In this document: in pieces, positions 38,350 to 50,700 of the stretch
How the letters are laid out: every line of letters starts with the position of its first letter
Position numbering within the stretch: position 1 is the first letter of the stretch
NCBI RefSeq assembly: GCF_006345805.1
Contig: NC_042998.1
Location: forward strand, 175,274,001-175,338,000
DNA length: 64,000 nt
Source: Octopus sinensis
Lineage: Eukaryota
Direction: 5' to 3'
The notes under the pieces: model-generated
Database searches by the model: none
Seen by the model: only the letters and a program-made list of their open reading frames with translations
What the model was told of the DNA's origin: nothing
Translations under genes and position numbers: made by a program

Positions 38350-39502
38350 GGTAACCTTGATAAGCTATGATTGCACAAACATAACACAGCAGTAGAAAGT
38401 TGAATGTTTTAAGTTATGTCATTTTCTACTGCAGTGTAGTTGATACCTATAGTGTATACTCTATCATTCTGCATTTGGTTGTGTGCATGCTGTACAGTAT
38501 GAGGGGCATGATAATTTCTCCTTTGCTGTTCATGTAAGATCAAATGTTCTGGTATTGGCTACAGTGGAAACAAACAAGCTGAATATGGTGTACTTATATT
38601 TTTCTATTCTATATCCACTTTCCATACTTGCATGGACTGAATGATTCAACAGGTTGGAGGACCATATCTTATTTATGCTCTGGTGAAATTAAGAAATCAA
38701 GCCCTTGAATCCATCACTGTACACACAGTCGCATATCTATGTATGTATGTACATACGTCTCTACGCACATCTACACCATCATGATCTATTCACACACACA
38801 GATGAGGGTCGATTCATATTAAAAAGAAAGTGAACAAAATAATATGACCACATGTGTTTTGGGAAATTTGTAAATTTGATTAAAAAAATTTTTTTTTAAA
38901 GATAATCAAACCAAATGTTCATCATTTCGAGCCACTCACCCAATGAGTTTTTCTGCCAAATGTGGTGAAAATCTGTTCAGTAATTTTGCAGACACACAAA
39001 GACGAGTGATTACAATACCCTGCTTTTGCTTATGTGCGCAGGGTAATGAGTTTTGTTTTGTGCCCTTGCAGATACACTACTACTGGTATTACAATAAAAG
39101 GCACCCAGTATTCTCCGTAAAGTGGTTGGTGATAGAATGAAAATTCAGCCTTAGAAACCATACCAAAACGGACATCTGAATAAGATATGGTCCTCCAACT
39201 TGTTGAATCATTCAGTCCATGCAAGTATGGAAAGTGGATATAGAATAGAAAAATATAAGTACACCATATTCAGCTTGTTTGTTTCCACTGTAGCCAATAC
39301 CAGAACATTTGATCTTACATGAACAGCAAAGGAGAAATTATCATGCCCCTCATACTGTACAGCATGCACACAACCAAATGCAGAATGATAGAGTATACAC
39401 TATAGGTATCAACTACACTGCAGTAGAAAATGACATAACTTAAAACATTCAACTTTCTACTGCTGTGTTATGTTTGTGCAATCATAGCTTATCAAGGTTA
39501 CC
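38350..39502. repeat. Inverted duplication, 324-bp arms (38350-38673 / 39179-39502), 505-bp spacer
   Basis: Arms are reverse complements; only one mismatch noticed by eye. Confidence 0.95.
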
Positions 39503-41729
39503 CAGCAAAAACATATTTTATTAGATCTGTTCAAAAGTGCTTATTTATGCATATTATCATTTAACATGCATGTAAAATTAAGTTTCTATAATACTCTGTG
39601 CATATGTCTTCTTACAATTACAATTACAATCAAGCTTTAAAAAGGAGTGATCTGTTTGTAGTTTATTGAAGTATATTTTAGAAAAATGTGATTAAAAAAA
39701 AATTGTAACTTCTAGCATGTTACATTGTCAGAATAATCTCTTGTTTAGCAGCAAAAATTCTCATAATTTTCCTTAAATCCTCACATTTGACTCATCTTTC
39801 ATATTGTGTATACTTCAACTCCAAATTGGACCATCTGTTGTTCTGCCTTGAAAGTTGCAGAATCATTCTACCAATTAAAAATACAAATATTTCTTCAGTT
39901 ATTTTGCTATCTTTGAAAAACTTGTACTTACCACTACTCTGGCAATTTCTGTATCAAAACAAAGACATAGAAAGAGTATATTCTTATAATTTCCTAAATA
40001 ACATTTAGCTTTCCTTATATTTGCATTTTCAACTACCTCCAAATTCAAACTGGCAGCTAATTCTTTGGTTCTAGTTCAGTTTCTGACTTAGCAGACAATT
40101 TTAATACATAGCTCTGTTCCTACTAAAATCATCAAATTACATGTCAATAAAGGTGCACCTACGTGATTCATCACTTTTTCATGTAAAAATAGCTGGCCCT
40201 GTCATCATTTGTCTGTCTTCCATTCTAGCATGGGTTGAACACCAAGATCCACTGTCTACTTTGGCATGGTTTTTACAGCTGGGTGCCGGAGTGAACTGGC
40301 TGCTTTTTATGTGGTACCAACACCAATGAGGTCTGCTTCAGCATGGTTTTGTGGCTGGATGCCCTTCCTAATGCCAACAGAGTGAACTGGCTGCTTTTTA
40401 AGTGGCACCAGCACTGGCAAGGTTACTACATAACTTGCAAGACAAAGATCCTTCAACTGAGAGGGGGAGTGGTGTTGAAGGAGATGGCTTTGTGCCAGGT
40501 AACAGAATATTTTACGGGGTTTTTTCTTTCTTTTGTGATTTTGCTTGAAATTAGAAATGAATACATTATAGGGTTTTAGAATATGTTATTGCAATATGAT
40601 ATGTTTCTAAGTTAGTACAAGGCCAGCAACTTTGAGAGGAGTAGGGTTAGACAATTATATTGACCCCAGAGGAATGAAAGGCAAAGGTGAACTTGGTAGG
40701 ATTTGAACTCAGAACATAAAGAGCTGAAAGAAATACGAGGGATTTTATCCAATATACAAATGATTTTGCCAATCCACCACATTCTGTTATACTATATAAT
40801 GCAACTAATATTGATATCCATACATTAATAATTAGTTTCTTCTAACTCACTGTCATTCAACTATTACTGAAATTAATGTTTTTACGGGATTTTTTTTTTT
40901 TCTCTGCTGATATTTTAGAGATTTTGTAGTAAATCAAAATGCATTTTATGTGAATTAATGATCTCCAATGTGTTATATATTGGAGAAGAAAAAAATTTGA
41001 AAGAATTTGGTTGTTCTTGATATTTATAATATCTGATAAAATTTAACAAGAATTCGGCTCTTCTATTACATCTAATCTGACTTGCTCTCCAGTTCTGTTA
41101 TGAACCCTCAATGTACAACCTATCAAATTCAAATGATCAAGTTAGTTTTTGTAGTTTTTATACTGGAACTGACCTTCAGATGTTCACCAGAACCAATGAC
41201 TTTTATTCAAGTTTACCATCAAAACTTTATGGTTTTAACATTTGATATGACAGAAAAGATTTTATTAACATTATGAATGAAGTTATTACTTCGTTTTTTT
41301 TAAAGATTTTACCTCATCATGAAATAAATCAAGTGAAATTGCAAGGGAATATATGGATATATCCATATATAAGATTTTGAGCAGTAAGTTATACCTGAGG
41401 TTTTGTTGCATGTCTTATGGATGAGTATAAAACAATAAAAAGTAAACATACAAAAGAAACACAACAAAATCTAAATGTCAACTTGTTACACACAACCTCT
41501 ATACATTTTTATACAAATATATATCAAATACTGAAAATGGTTTATCAACCTCCCACTGTATATATGAGTGAATGAATGTTTATATTCATAAAAATATTCT
41601 CATGTGTGATTATATACATACTTGCATATCAGATAAATACATACATTCATGTAAAATAAATAATACATAAAATAAATGTAATTATAATGTCTGAAAGTTT
41701 CTGATTCACATCTTCAATATTGGATGGTT

Positions 41730-43634
41730 TCAGTTACTCTTCAATGCTTGTTCTAACCAATCAGCCTCCACAGCAGATGAATCATCGCTGTTATTTCCTT
41801 CATCCATCTGCAGTAAACGTTGGTAACGAACTGACTTTTCACGTGGCATGTACTTTTCAATAAAGAAGAACACTATGCACCATACTAAACAAATTCCTGC
41901 AACAACACGGAAAAGGACAGCAATTCCATAACTGCCCACAACATAACCAGATGCAATACTTCCAGCAGAGAACCCAATTCCAAAATAAACAGAAGACAAA
42001 ATATTACGAATAGTGCGATCAACATCAGGGCTGATATTAAAGATAGGGTTGCTGAACACAGCATACCACAGAGTGGTGTGTGTTAAAGCATGAAACACTT
42101 CGAGAGGAAGGAAGTACCAAGGAGAATAGACAAAGCTGTAAACAAAAACTCTTATACTGCAGAAAACCATTGAAAAACATGTTGTTCCTGCTGGACCCAA
42201 GTATCGTACCAGATAATCTCCATAGAGTAACACTGGTATTTCTGAGAAAGTATTCACAAGTATGCATAAACCCATAATGGTTTCATTGCTTCCAATGTCT
42301 TCAAGGTACCAAAATAAGAAATTGCTTATAGTTGAATAAACAGCACCCATTACAAAAACTGTCATCATATACACAAAACCATGACAGCCAAAACATGTTA
42401 CTTCAATTCCTTTCCTGTGGCGTATTGCAGGAACGCACTTTTCAAATGTTGGTGAAGGAAACACAAAAGAGAAAAACAATGAAATAGTGAGAAAAGCAGC
42501 AAATGCAAAGCAGTGTATAAGAATGTGGTTCATATGTACAGGTAGTTGGCACTGAGTATGGTCAACTAGCATCGCAACTCCAGTAGGCACCAAGAGGAAA
42601 GCTAAAGAACTCCAAATACGGTGTGAGCCATATTTTTCAAGTATATCTAAAGAATCAAGAAGATCATACCAACAGTCATCAGAAATTTTTTCTGCAGCGG
42701 AACCAAAGATCTCTCCAATTAATATTATTGTTAATAATATAAAAAAGACTTGAGTCTGTTCATCTCCCTTTACATTCTGAATCCAAGCCTTGATGTTTTG
42801 CCACATAAACTGCATATTCCAAGATCCATTTGTAGAATCCATTGTTGTTGATGTTTCAAGAGGACTGGTTGCAGATTGTGGCTGAACATTCCGCTTTACC
42901 CACTCCTGTGGGGCCTTGCTTGCTTTCAGGTGTGTATCATAATTTTGTAGACTTCCATTTAATACAGCAGGTAATTCTGTACTTGTGCTCCAATATTTAT
43001 TTAATTTTTCACTTTCAGACAGGGTCTCAGTCGACAGAAAATACTTATCTCTTAAGATATCAGAGTCTGTTGCATTAGTTGTTTCTGAAACATTTCCACT
43101 TGAAGTCTTAGAATAAAGAGGATTTGTTACCAATGTTGAGAAATAGTCTGTTATATTAAGATCAGGTTCTTGTGTCTCATTGTTATTCATATAAATGTTT
43201 GGAAATTCAGTAGTTGATGAAAAGATTTGAGTTACATTTTGATGAGATTTTGAAGCTGATAGTGTTGCATTAGAAGCCAGCATATGCTGTTTAGCCTCTA
43301 GTAAAAGACAATTATCTTTTAAAAATGTGTCTATAGAACCAGATACTAGCCAGATAGAAAGGTTTGTAGCTAACATCATTATTATTGAGAAAATTAAGAA
43401 GAGGCGTCTTTTTTTTAATTTTATGGAGTATTTTGTCCATACAGGAACCCAAATAAATGTTGAAAGCATTTTTGCAGCCATAAGGTAACCTGTTTGAGTG
43501 GCACTGAGGCCAAGATGTCTGTAAAACAGAGTAAGAAAAGGAAATAGTGATGCCTTGGCCGCTGCAAAAAATAAATGGAAAACATTGAAAATAAATATAG
43601 CCCGAGGGAGGTTGATAGTGTTTGGATTATTCAT
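41730..43634 (-). CDS. MFSD6L: Major facilitator superfamily domain-containing protein 6-like (MFS_1_like), 634 aa, single coding exon
   Basis: 1.9-kb ORF with about 12 hydrophobic segments. N-terminal SLFPFLTLFYRHLGLSATQTG, a long S/T/N-rich loop with NxS/T sequons, YGSHRIWSSL, NFLFWYLEDIG, EVFHALT and YFGIGFSAGSIASG motifs typical of MFSD6/MFSD6L. Exact orthology not verified. Confidence 0.88.
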   Translation of the reverse strand: MNNPNTINLPRAIFIFNVFHLFFAAAKASLFPFLTLFYRHLGLSATQTGYLMAAKMLSTFIWVPVWTKYSIKLKKRRLFLIFSIIMMLATNLSIWLVSGSIDTFLKDNCLLLEAKQHMLASNATLSASKSHQNVTQIFSSTTEFPNIYMNNNETQEPDLNITDYFSTLVTNPLYSKTSSGNVSETTNATDSDILRDKYFLSTETLSESEKLNKYWSTSTELPAVLNGSLQNYDTHLKASKAPQEWVKRNVQPQSATSPLETSTTMDSTNGSWNMQFMWQNIKAWIQNVKGDEQTQVFFILLTIILIGEIFGSAAEKISDDCWYDLLDSLDILEKYGSHRIWSSLAFLLVPTGVAMLVDHTQCQLPVHMNHILIHCFAFAAFLTISLFFSFVFPSPTFEKCVPAIRHRKGIEVTCFGCHGFVYMMTVFVMGAVYSTISNFLFWYLEDIGSNETIMGLCILVNTFSEIPVLLYGDYLVRYLGPAGTTCFSMVFCSIRVFVYSFVYSPWYFLPLEVFHALTHTTLWYAVFSNPIFNISPDVDRTIRNILSSVYFGIGFSAGSIASGYVVGSYGIAVLFRVVAGICLVWCIVFFFIEKYMPREKSVRYQRLLQMDEGNNSDDSSAVEADWLEQALKSN

Positions 43635-44550
43635 GGTTGGTGGAGCTAATGAAGCTCAAGATTCATTGGGATGATCAGGAAATCATGGCACTGAAGGTCA
43701 ACTGGAACCATCATCAATTTGGATATGAAAAAAAGAACAAAAGAAAAAAAATTAGTGAAATGAATACAATTGAATTCAAAAAAGAAACTGAATGGAAGTA
43801 TGTCTATCTTCAATTTTATCACAGGCGTTTGGTTAAGGTAAAAAAAAAATTGAAAAAAAAAAAACAAAAAAAAAAGTGTTATGAATAATAGAACAAATGG
43901 AAAAAACAGGATTTGTTCCAAGACAACCAAGTTGTCCTGATTATTGTGGATGGTCACTGGAGCACACTTTTTCAGTCCAAGCAGAATCTTTGACTGATCG
44001 CTGTCACGTGTTATCACAGATAACACTGGTCACAAATGAGTGTACCATATTACCTGGATTTGTGATAAACAAGGTTAGATGTATCATTATGTTTTTTGTA
44101 GTTGTTATATATCTTACTGGTCTGCTTTGCCTAAGCTGATACAATGATGTAAATCATATTTGATATATTACTTTGTACTGAACTTCTGTAGATTATCAGT
44201 TTTCTAGTAGCTATCCTATCAGATTTGTAGAATATAAACATTCTTAAAACATGAGGTTCCAATTGCTGTTCTGAGTAAATTACGGACAGAAACTCCCTCT
44301 GTAGCTCAAATGTTATTATCCATTATATGAAATAGGAATCAGTTTTGAATCTCTTTTGAAGCAATTCCATTTCACTTTTGAAAAACCAGAACATCACAAA
44401 TTATAGTTCCTTCCTTTGAGTGTTTCAGAATTCATATCAGCATAAGAAATAGTTTGTTAATTTAGATCAATGGTCTGCTTGATTTTGAGTTAACATTTTA
44501 AACTTATATTACTTAGGTTTTTGAAAAAGCCATGACTATCAAATAATATC

Positions 44551-44768
44551 ATTGGATGGTTTCAGTTACTCTTCAATGCTTGTTCTAACCAATCAGCTTC
44601 CACAGCAGATGAATCATCGCTGTTATTTCCTTCATCCATCTGCAGTAAACATTGGTAACGAACTGACTTTTCACGTGGCATGTACTTTTCAATAAAGAAG
44701 AACACTATGCACCATACTAAGCAAATTCCTGCAACAACACGGAAAAGGACAGCAATTCCATAACTGCC
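44551..44768 (-). pseudogene. Partial duplicate of the MFSD6-like 3' coding end (copy of 41719-41936)
   Basis: 218 bp with 3 substitutions counted by eye, one giving R->C. Includes the stop codon. Confidence 0.93.
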
Positions 44769-45027
44769 TTGACAATCTGTGGTATTGTGTCTGCTGTATA
44801 AACTAATTAATTTCACTCATGTTTTTTTTTTATTTCATGCATTTTCAATTTCTCCTCTCCCTTAAATACAAAAACTTTGTTCTCAAAGAAGCTGTAATTG
44901 TGTTACCACTATTCAACTAGAACATGGAGGTAATCGACCAAAAATTTGGGAGTGGTCATGTTGACATGCAGTGTGTAACATGTGGACTTATTTCTACATG
45001 AATGTTGATGACTGGAATATTCTATAA

Positions 45028-45200
45028 ATAGGAAATGAAACATCTGGTTTAATTCTTCCAAGAAAGAGCATAGAATCCAATATAGTTCACAATTTCCTAT
45101 CCCTAATAAATAATCAATTTTCCTTAACATATAAATATCACAAGCTCTTCAACAACAATACAGTAAAGGTCATCTACAGCTGCTTCAATAATGTTGCATT
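45028..45200 (+). mobile_element. Penelope-like RT C-terminal/linker remnant
   Basis: RK*NIWF...YKYHKLFNNNTVKVIYSCFNN resembles PLE 'RNIIWFNPP...KIFNRNTVKVSYSCMPN'. Confidence 0.55.
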
Positions 45201-45839
45201 TCAAATACCCAATGATCTCATGACTTATTACCTCCCTCATAACAGTATCTTCTCCTTCTGTGAAACTGACAAGCTGACAATTTCTGTGGACTACCCCTCA
45301 CCAGCTCACTAGTTCTATGTTGCCAGAAACCCCATCAGCTCACTGAAATAATGGCACACAGCAGTGAGCTGTGTGCCATTATTTCCTGAAGCCCCAACTA
45401 ATTCTCCATCCATTTGTTTGTTACCTGAAGGATTGCACATAATGAGTAGCACTAAACTGAATCATCAGATTCAAAAGAATGTGTGTGTGTGTGTGTGCAA
45501 ACACACACATACATGCACATGTGCAGTTAAAAGGTGAGATCTGGAAATGCTCAAGGAAACACATAGTAGTGCTTGAATGATTTCAACTTAAACTCCAAAA
45601 TGTTTGAGGACTAGGTCCACAGGGTAAAGAGTGTGTATATATTTGTGTGTGTGTGTGTGTGTGTGTACATATGTACACAATAGACATCTTTCTTTTCAGT
45701 TTCCTTCTACCAAATCCACTCACAAAGCTTTGGTTGGCCCAAGGCTATAGTAGAAGACACTTGCCTAAGGTGCTACGCAGTGGAACTGAACCTGAGACCA
45801 CATGGTTGGGAAGCAAGCTCCATAACCACACAGCCACCT

Positions 45840-45975
45840 TTTAGAGAATTTATCACATCCTCATAACTGACACAATCTGCAATGAATTTGAGTGCTTTAT
45901 TGGATACAAAATTTACAAGGGTGTGCAATCTATCAAAGTCAAGAATACTGTCAAGAAAATGTTCAAACATACATA
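45840..45975 (-). mobile_element. Possible Ty3/Gypsy gag fragment truncated by a SINE
   Basis: FEHFLDSILDFDRLHTLVNFVSNKALKFIADCVSYEDVINSLK resembles N-terminal gag helices of metazoan Gypsy elements (recall only). Confidence 0.35.
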
Positions 45976-46934
45976 TTGGGTGAGGGTTAGATATTTATCA
46001 TGATTACTAGAATAATTATGAAATTTAGCTTTGCAGTTAAAGGGTTAAGTAAGGGAGAGCATTCACCTATCATTTGACATCAATTAATAAAAAACAGAAT
46101 CACAGCACCATTTAAAACATAATTTTAAAAAACAGTATATGGTAGAGTATACAGAAAATATTACATGAAGAAAATTGTAAAAATATTGACCAATTGTCAG
46201 TGAGTCAAAGAAAGAAACAAATTTTTTTCAAATAAATGAAATCAAACCTAAAAATTATGTTAGAGATTTCAATAAAGACATTGTGCTTATATATTATTGT
46301 GACATTACGTGAGTTACATAAAAAGACAAAGGTCCACATGCAACCAAAGTATTACAGATTATCCACAAATGTTTTAAACTATACAACTTAAAAATCAAAG
46401 GGTTTATAATGAGAATGCTTAATTACTTCACCCATGGACCATATGATTATAATATCTGTTGTATGACTGAATAGATATTTTATCTATGTAGCAAAGTGAG
46501 AGTTTACCTAATTCAACAGTTGTACACTTGTAGATAGTTTCAAATCAATAGTTTTCTTCAATGACCACCTGCTGCAAACACATGCCTAAGAACTTTTATT
46601 ATGGATTTTTAGAATGAGTCATCAAAAAAAACAGCCATGTCAACTTCATATTTACTAATTCTTAACATTCGTATTGTTCCTGTTTCATGACCTCAATCAC
46701 AAACAAAAAATAATATTGCATTATCCATTGCAAGAAGAATAAGCATGGTTTTGTACCATACAAAACATTTTTTCCAAGTTGCTAGTTTCTTCCCATCAAA
46801 TACCAAAAATAACAATATAACATTGTATTATAACATCCACATAAATAATGGAAAAAAGTGTTACACACCTAGCTTTATGACTAATATTGAGATCACTTTA
46901 TAATACATATAGTATACATATCAAACACATCATA

Positions 46935-47879
46935 AGAGAGGGTACCCAAAAGTAACCAAAAACTTTCTCTGTGGGACAAATGCATTGTAGTTCGGGCTTC
47001 TGCTGCAAGAAGTCACTTGATGTGACTCTCAGGCATCAGTCTATTGACTGGCATCATTGGATGAAGTCATACTGCTACGTGATTCGTCTTTGTTTTGCAG
47101 TGCTTCTCCCCTGTTCGTTGATTTTTGTGACGGTTGAAATGAAGAAACAGTGTGTTTCCATGAAATTCTGTTTTCTGCTGAGGAAAACGGTGGCTGAAAC
47201 TGTTGTCATGCTTCAAACAGCTTATAAAAAAATAATAATAATGAAATTATTGTATACAGTGCTCCGGTGCACCACAAGGATGCTGTCATGAACAAAACAA
47301 GTTTATGAGTGATTTCCACGCTTTAGGAATGGTCATTTGTTGCTTGATGATCAACCTCATTCGAGGTGGCTGTCGACCTTCCAACAAATGAAACCATAGA
47401 AATTCATGAACTGATCTTGAAGGACCATCATCAAAAATTGACAAACTTGTTGATATGATTAGTGTGTCCTGGAGCTTCTGCCAACGAATTTTGAGTAAGG
47501 GATTGCGAATGAAAAGTGTTGCAACAAAATTTGTGCCTCGCTTGCTCAAAGATCAAAAGCAGTCACAATTGAATGCATGTCATGAACTGAAGGAAAACTT
47601 GGAAGTTGATCTGGTTCTTTTTTGAAAGGTCGTCACTGGTGACAAAAGCTGGGGCTACGGAATTTGAAGATGTGGAAGAGGTGAAGAAAAAATGATAGAG
47701 ACGTTAAAAGGCGTCACTTTTCAAGAGTTCCAGTACTGCTTCAAATAGTAGAAAATGCATCTGAACCAATGCATTGCTTCAAATGGAGAATACTTTGACA
47801 GCAATAAAAGTGTAAACATGTAAAACTAAGTGAATAAAATAATATTGCAAAATTCCTGTTTCTTTTGGTTACCCACTTG
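46935..47879 (+). mobile_element. Internally deleted mariner transposon with nested CR1 tail
   Basis: Imperfect TIRs (gggtacccaaaagtaac) with TA flanks. Fragments MKFCFLLRKTVAETVVMLQTAY, VATKFVPRLL and VVTGDKSWGY. Confidence 0.85.
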
Positions 47880-48042
47880 TATATAAAATAAACATTATCA
47901 ATCATCAAAAATAACAAAGGTAGCTTTAAGCAATATAAAACCAAAAAGGAAAACTTCAATTGTCATTAATTATGACTGACGATAATTTTCACAAAACCAT
48001 TTTGCTGAATCAGCCACTGATTCATATGGTAAATACTATATA

Positions 48043-48641
48043 CAGTAATCCCTCGCCAAATTGCGGTTTATTATTTAAGCTTATGTTGATTCCTCCATGG
48101 TGTTGTTTTGCATTTATAATAAAACTAGCAGTATCGCCCAGCGTTGCTCGGGTTTGTAAGGGAAATAACTATATAAGCACTTTTAGAGAGTTATAGCCAA
48201 AAAATAGCAAAAAAATGCATTAAAATGGAAAAAAATTATGGTAAATTTTTTTTTAAATCGTTGACTCATCGTAGACATTTTTAGAGTTACTTCCCTTATA
48301 TAATAGCGAAAAAATGCATTAAAATGGAAAAAAATGATGGTAATTTTTTTTTTAAATCGTAGACTCATCGTAGACGCACGCTAATACCCAGAAGGGCTTG
48401 ATATGAATCACGACTATAAGATACCTGGTTTTGGTTAAACTGCACCGCAAAATGTGGGAGTAGTTAGGAATCTAAATCGTAGGAGACAGACACACAACTT
48501 GACTTTTATATATAAAGATAAATATATACAAATTATAAGAATATAAAAAAAAAGATATACAGTACTATTTCTACTTTGTGGATTTTCACCTATTGCGGGA
48601 GGTTTTGGAATGTAACACCTGCGATAGAAGAGGGATTGTTG
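48043..48641. mobile_element. Tigger/pogo-like MITE hosting a Helitron insertion
   Basis: TA|cagtaatccctcg ... gagggattgttg|TA termini. Confidence 0.65.
48125..48518 (-). mobile_element. Non-autonomous Helitron, copy 2 (internal tandem duplication)
   Basis: 5' TC, same 3' hairpin plus CTAG, A|T target. Confidence 0.88.
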
Positions 48642-49206
48642 TACTGACAGTTGGGATTTAGCTAAACAATCCAGCAACGGAGTGGTCACCACTGAGGAGC
48701 TTTCATATGAAGCAAGAAGAGTAGTATGGTAATCTTGCTCACTGTGGGATGGTTATCTTCCCTGTCAGTGCATAAATATGTGCTCTCTGTAGCTATAAGG
48801 GCTAAAAGCTCTTATTTCTATCAATGTAGGTGCTACCCTGCACTGTCAGTCACAATTAGTGACAAATGAATTTTTCTTTTTTTGGCTTTATATTGTGTAT
48901 ATATTATTTCATATATATATTTATCGGTGGCACATAAAAAGCACCCACTACACTCATGGGGTGGTTGGCGTTAGGAAGGGCATCCAGCCATAGAAACATT
49001 GCCAGATCAGACTGGGCCTGGTGCAGCCTTCTGGCTTCCCAGACCCCAGTTGAACCGTCCAACCCATGCCAGCATGGAAAGCAGACGCTAAACGATGATG
49101 ATGATGACATACACACAGATACATACACGCATATATAAGTGTACATGAATGTGTGTGTTAAACAGTAAATCACTTCCAAAAAGGAAAATTATGTCTGTCT
49201 TAGTAG

Positions 49207-50447
49207 TGTAGCAATATCGTTCCCTCATTGCTATCTTCACGGTTTGAGAAGAGTATTAAGAATAATCTCGTTCAAGATTACAAACATCTTCGGCTAGTTT
49301 AACATTGTTGCAAACACTAATCCGATTGGCTGACACATGGTCTCTACTACGTTCGCACCGCTGGTTGTCACGTGACACGATTTGCCTCCGCTTATTTTCG
49401 CGTCATTTGTTCCAAGCAGCCAATCACAGCTTTCCATTTCTGAAGTTCGTTTTGAGCCACATAAACCTTATATAAAGAAGTGTTCTCAGACAAATATCCA
49501 TCTTTGGTTCAAGTCCTTCTCAGGGTGAACCTCTGACCACAGAGTTTGTCTTTGGTTCTAGTCCTTCTCAGGGCTAACCTCTGACCACAGAGCTCGTCTT
49601 AGGTTACAGTCCTTCTCAGGGCTAACCTCTGACCACACAGAGCATACTCGACCATGTTCCAGTTCGAAAGGCAGGCGACCACCATTAATACAAGATGTTA
49701 CAGATACCTCTCATACTGTTACTGTGAAAATATCACCACGAAAAGAACGGTTACAGGATATCTATAACTAGAGAAAAATAACCAAGCAGAATATATAATG
49801 AAGACGCAGCAAAAACCAAGTGACAGACACAACTCATCGCCAAACATCGTCTCTATCTACTAAAGTTTAATTCGTACACAAGACAACTACAGATTCAACT
49901 ATAGCGGTTAGGTGAAAATATCACCACGGGAAAAATGGCTACAGTTAATATATCTGGAAGTATATTCATATCAAGAGAAAGATAAAACACAACAAGTGAT
50001 TCAATTAATGTTAACTACAAGACGCAACATCTTGATATGGAACTCTTACACTCTGTGTACCTCATAAACGGTAAATCAATTATCTGTCTTGAGTTCTAGT
50101 TCTTCTAAGAACTACCTTAAGCCATCTGCTACTACCTGTTGCTAGGCTGATACCAACAACATGAACTGTGAACCAAATTCCATTGTTATTTCTCTGGTCA
50201 GTACCTTTTATGCCTCACGAACATACAGACACAAAAACATGCTAACACTTACAAACTTCCAACCAATATGATTGTAAAATATGTAAAATAAATAACGTAT
50301 ATATCTCAAAAAGAAATCTTGTTGTCATTCCACTTGTGTTCTATTGCCACTGTATGTATTATATGGTCTGTAATATTTCATTAAGAATATGACCACGTGC
50401 GACCGTGTCTCATACACGATACGACCGCATGTGATCCTATTTTTATA
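49207..50447 (+). mobile_element. Probable solo LTR (element B), about 1.24 kb
   Basis: Starts TGTAGC and ends TTTATA (probably decayed CA), with 4-bp TSD gtag (49203-49206, 50448-50451). CCAAT near 49420, TATATAAAG at 49469, AATAAA near 50287. Confidence 0.65.
49501..49642 (+). repeat. Three tandem 48-bp units directly downstream of the TATA box
   Basis: Units start at 49501, 49549 and 49597 (tctttggttc.agtccttctcaggg..aacctctgaccac). Confidence 0.93.
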
Positions 50448-50700
50448 GTAGCCTTGTTTTTTCTTCACAAAGGAAGTAATCTTCAATGAATTGTATCCCT
50501 TCAAGTTACTAACCATCACCACCAATATTTTTATCTGTATCAATATTATCATCAGTATCAAGAATCATTATCATAGTCATCTTCAACAGGTTGAGTCAAC
50601 AATATAGTGCCCTTCCATTACAACTCATCTATGCAACTTTTACAAGATAGAGATTTTATAACTGAATGCAATTCTTATTACTAATTGATGTGGTTTGGGT

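Noticed and set aside
43622-44139. + strand ORFs (88 and 80 aa) as exons of an antisense gene
   Set aside because: No recognisable domain and no good + strand acceptors. The Lys-rich content comes from A-tracts; better explained as the 5' UTR or intron of the minus-strand MFS gene.
49501-49642. CRISPR-like array
   Set aside because: Contiguous 48-bp tandem units with no unique spacers, eukaryotic context and no cas genes.
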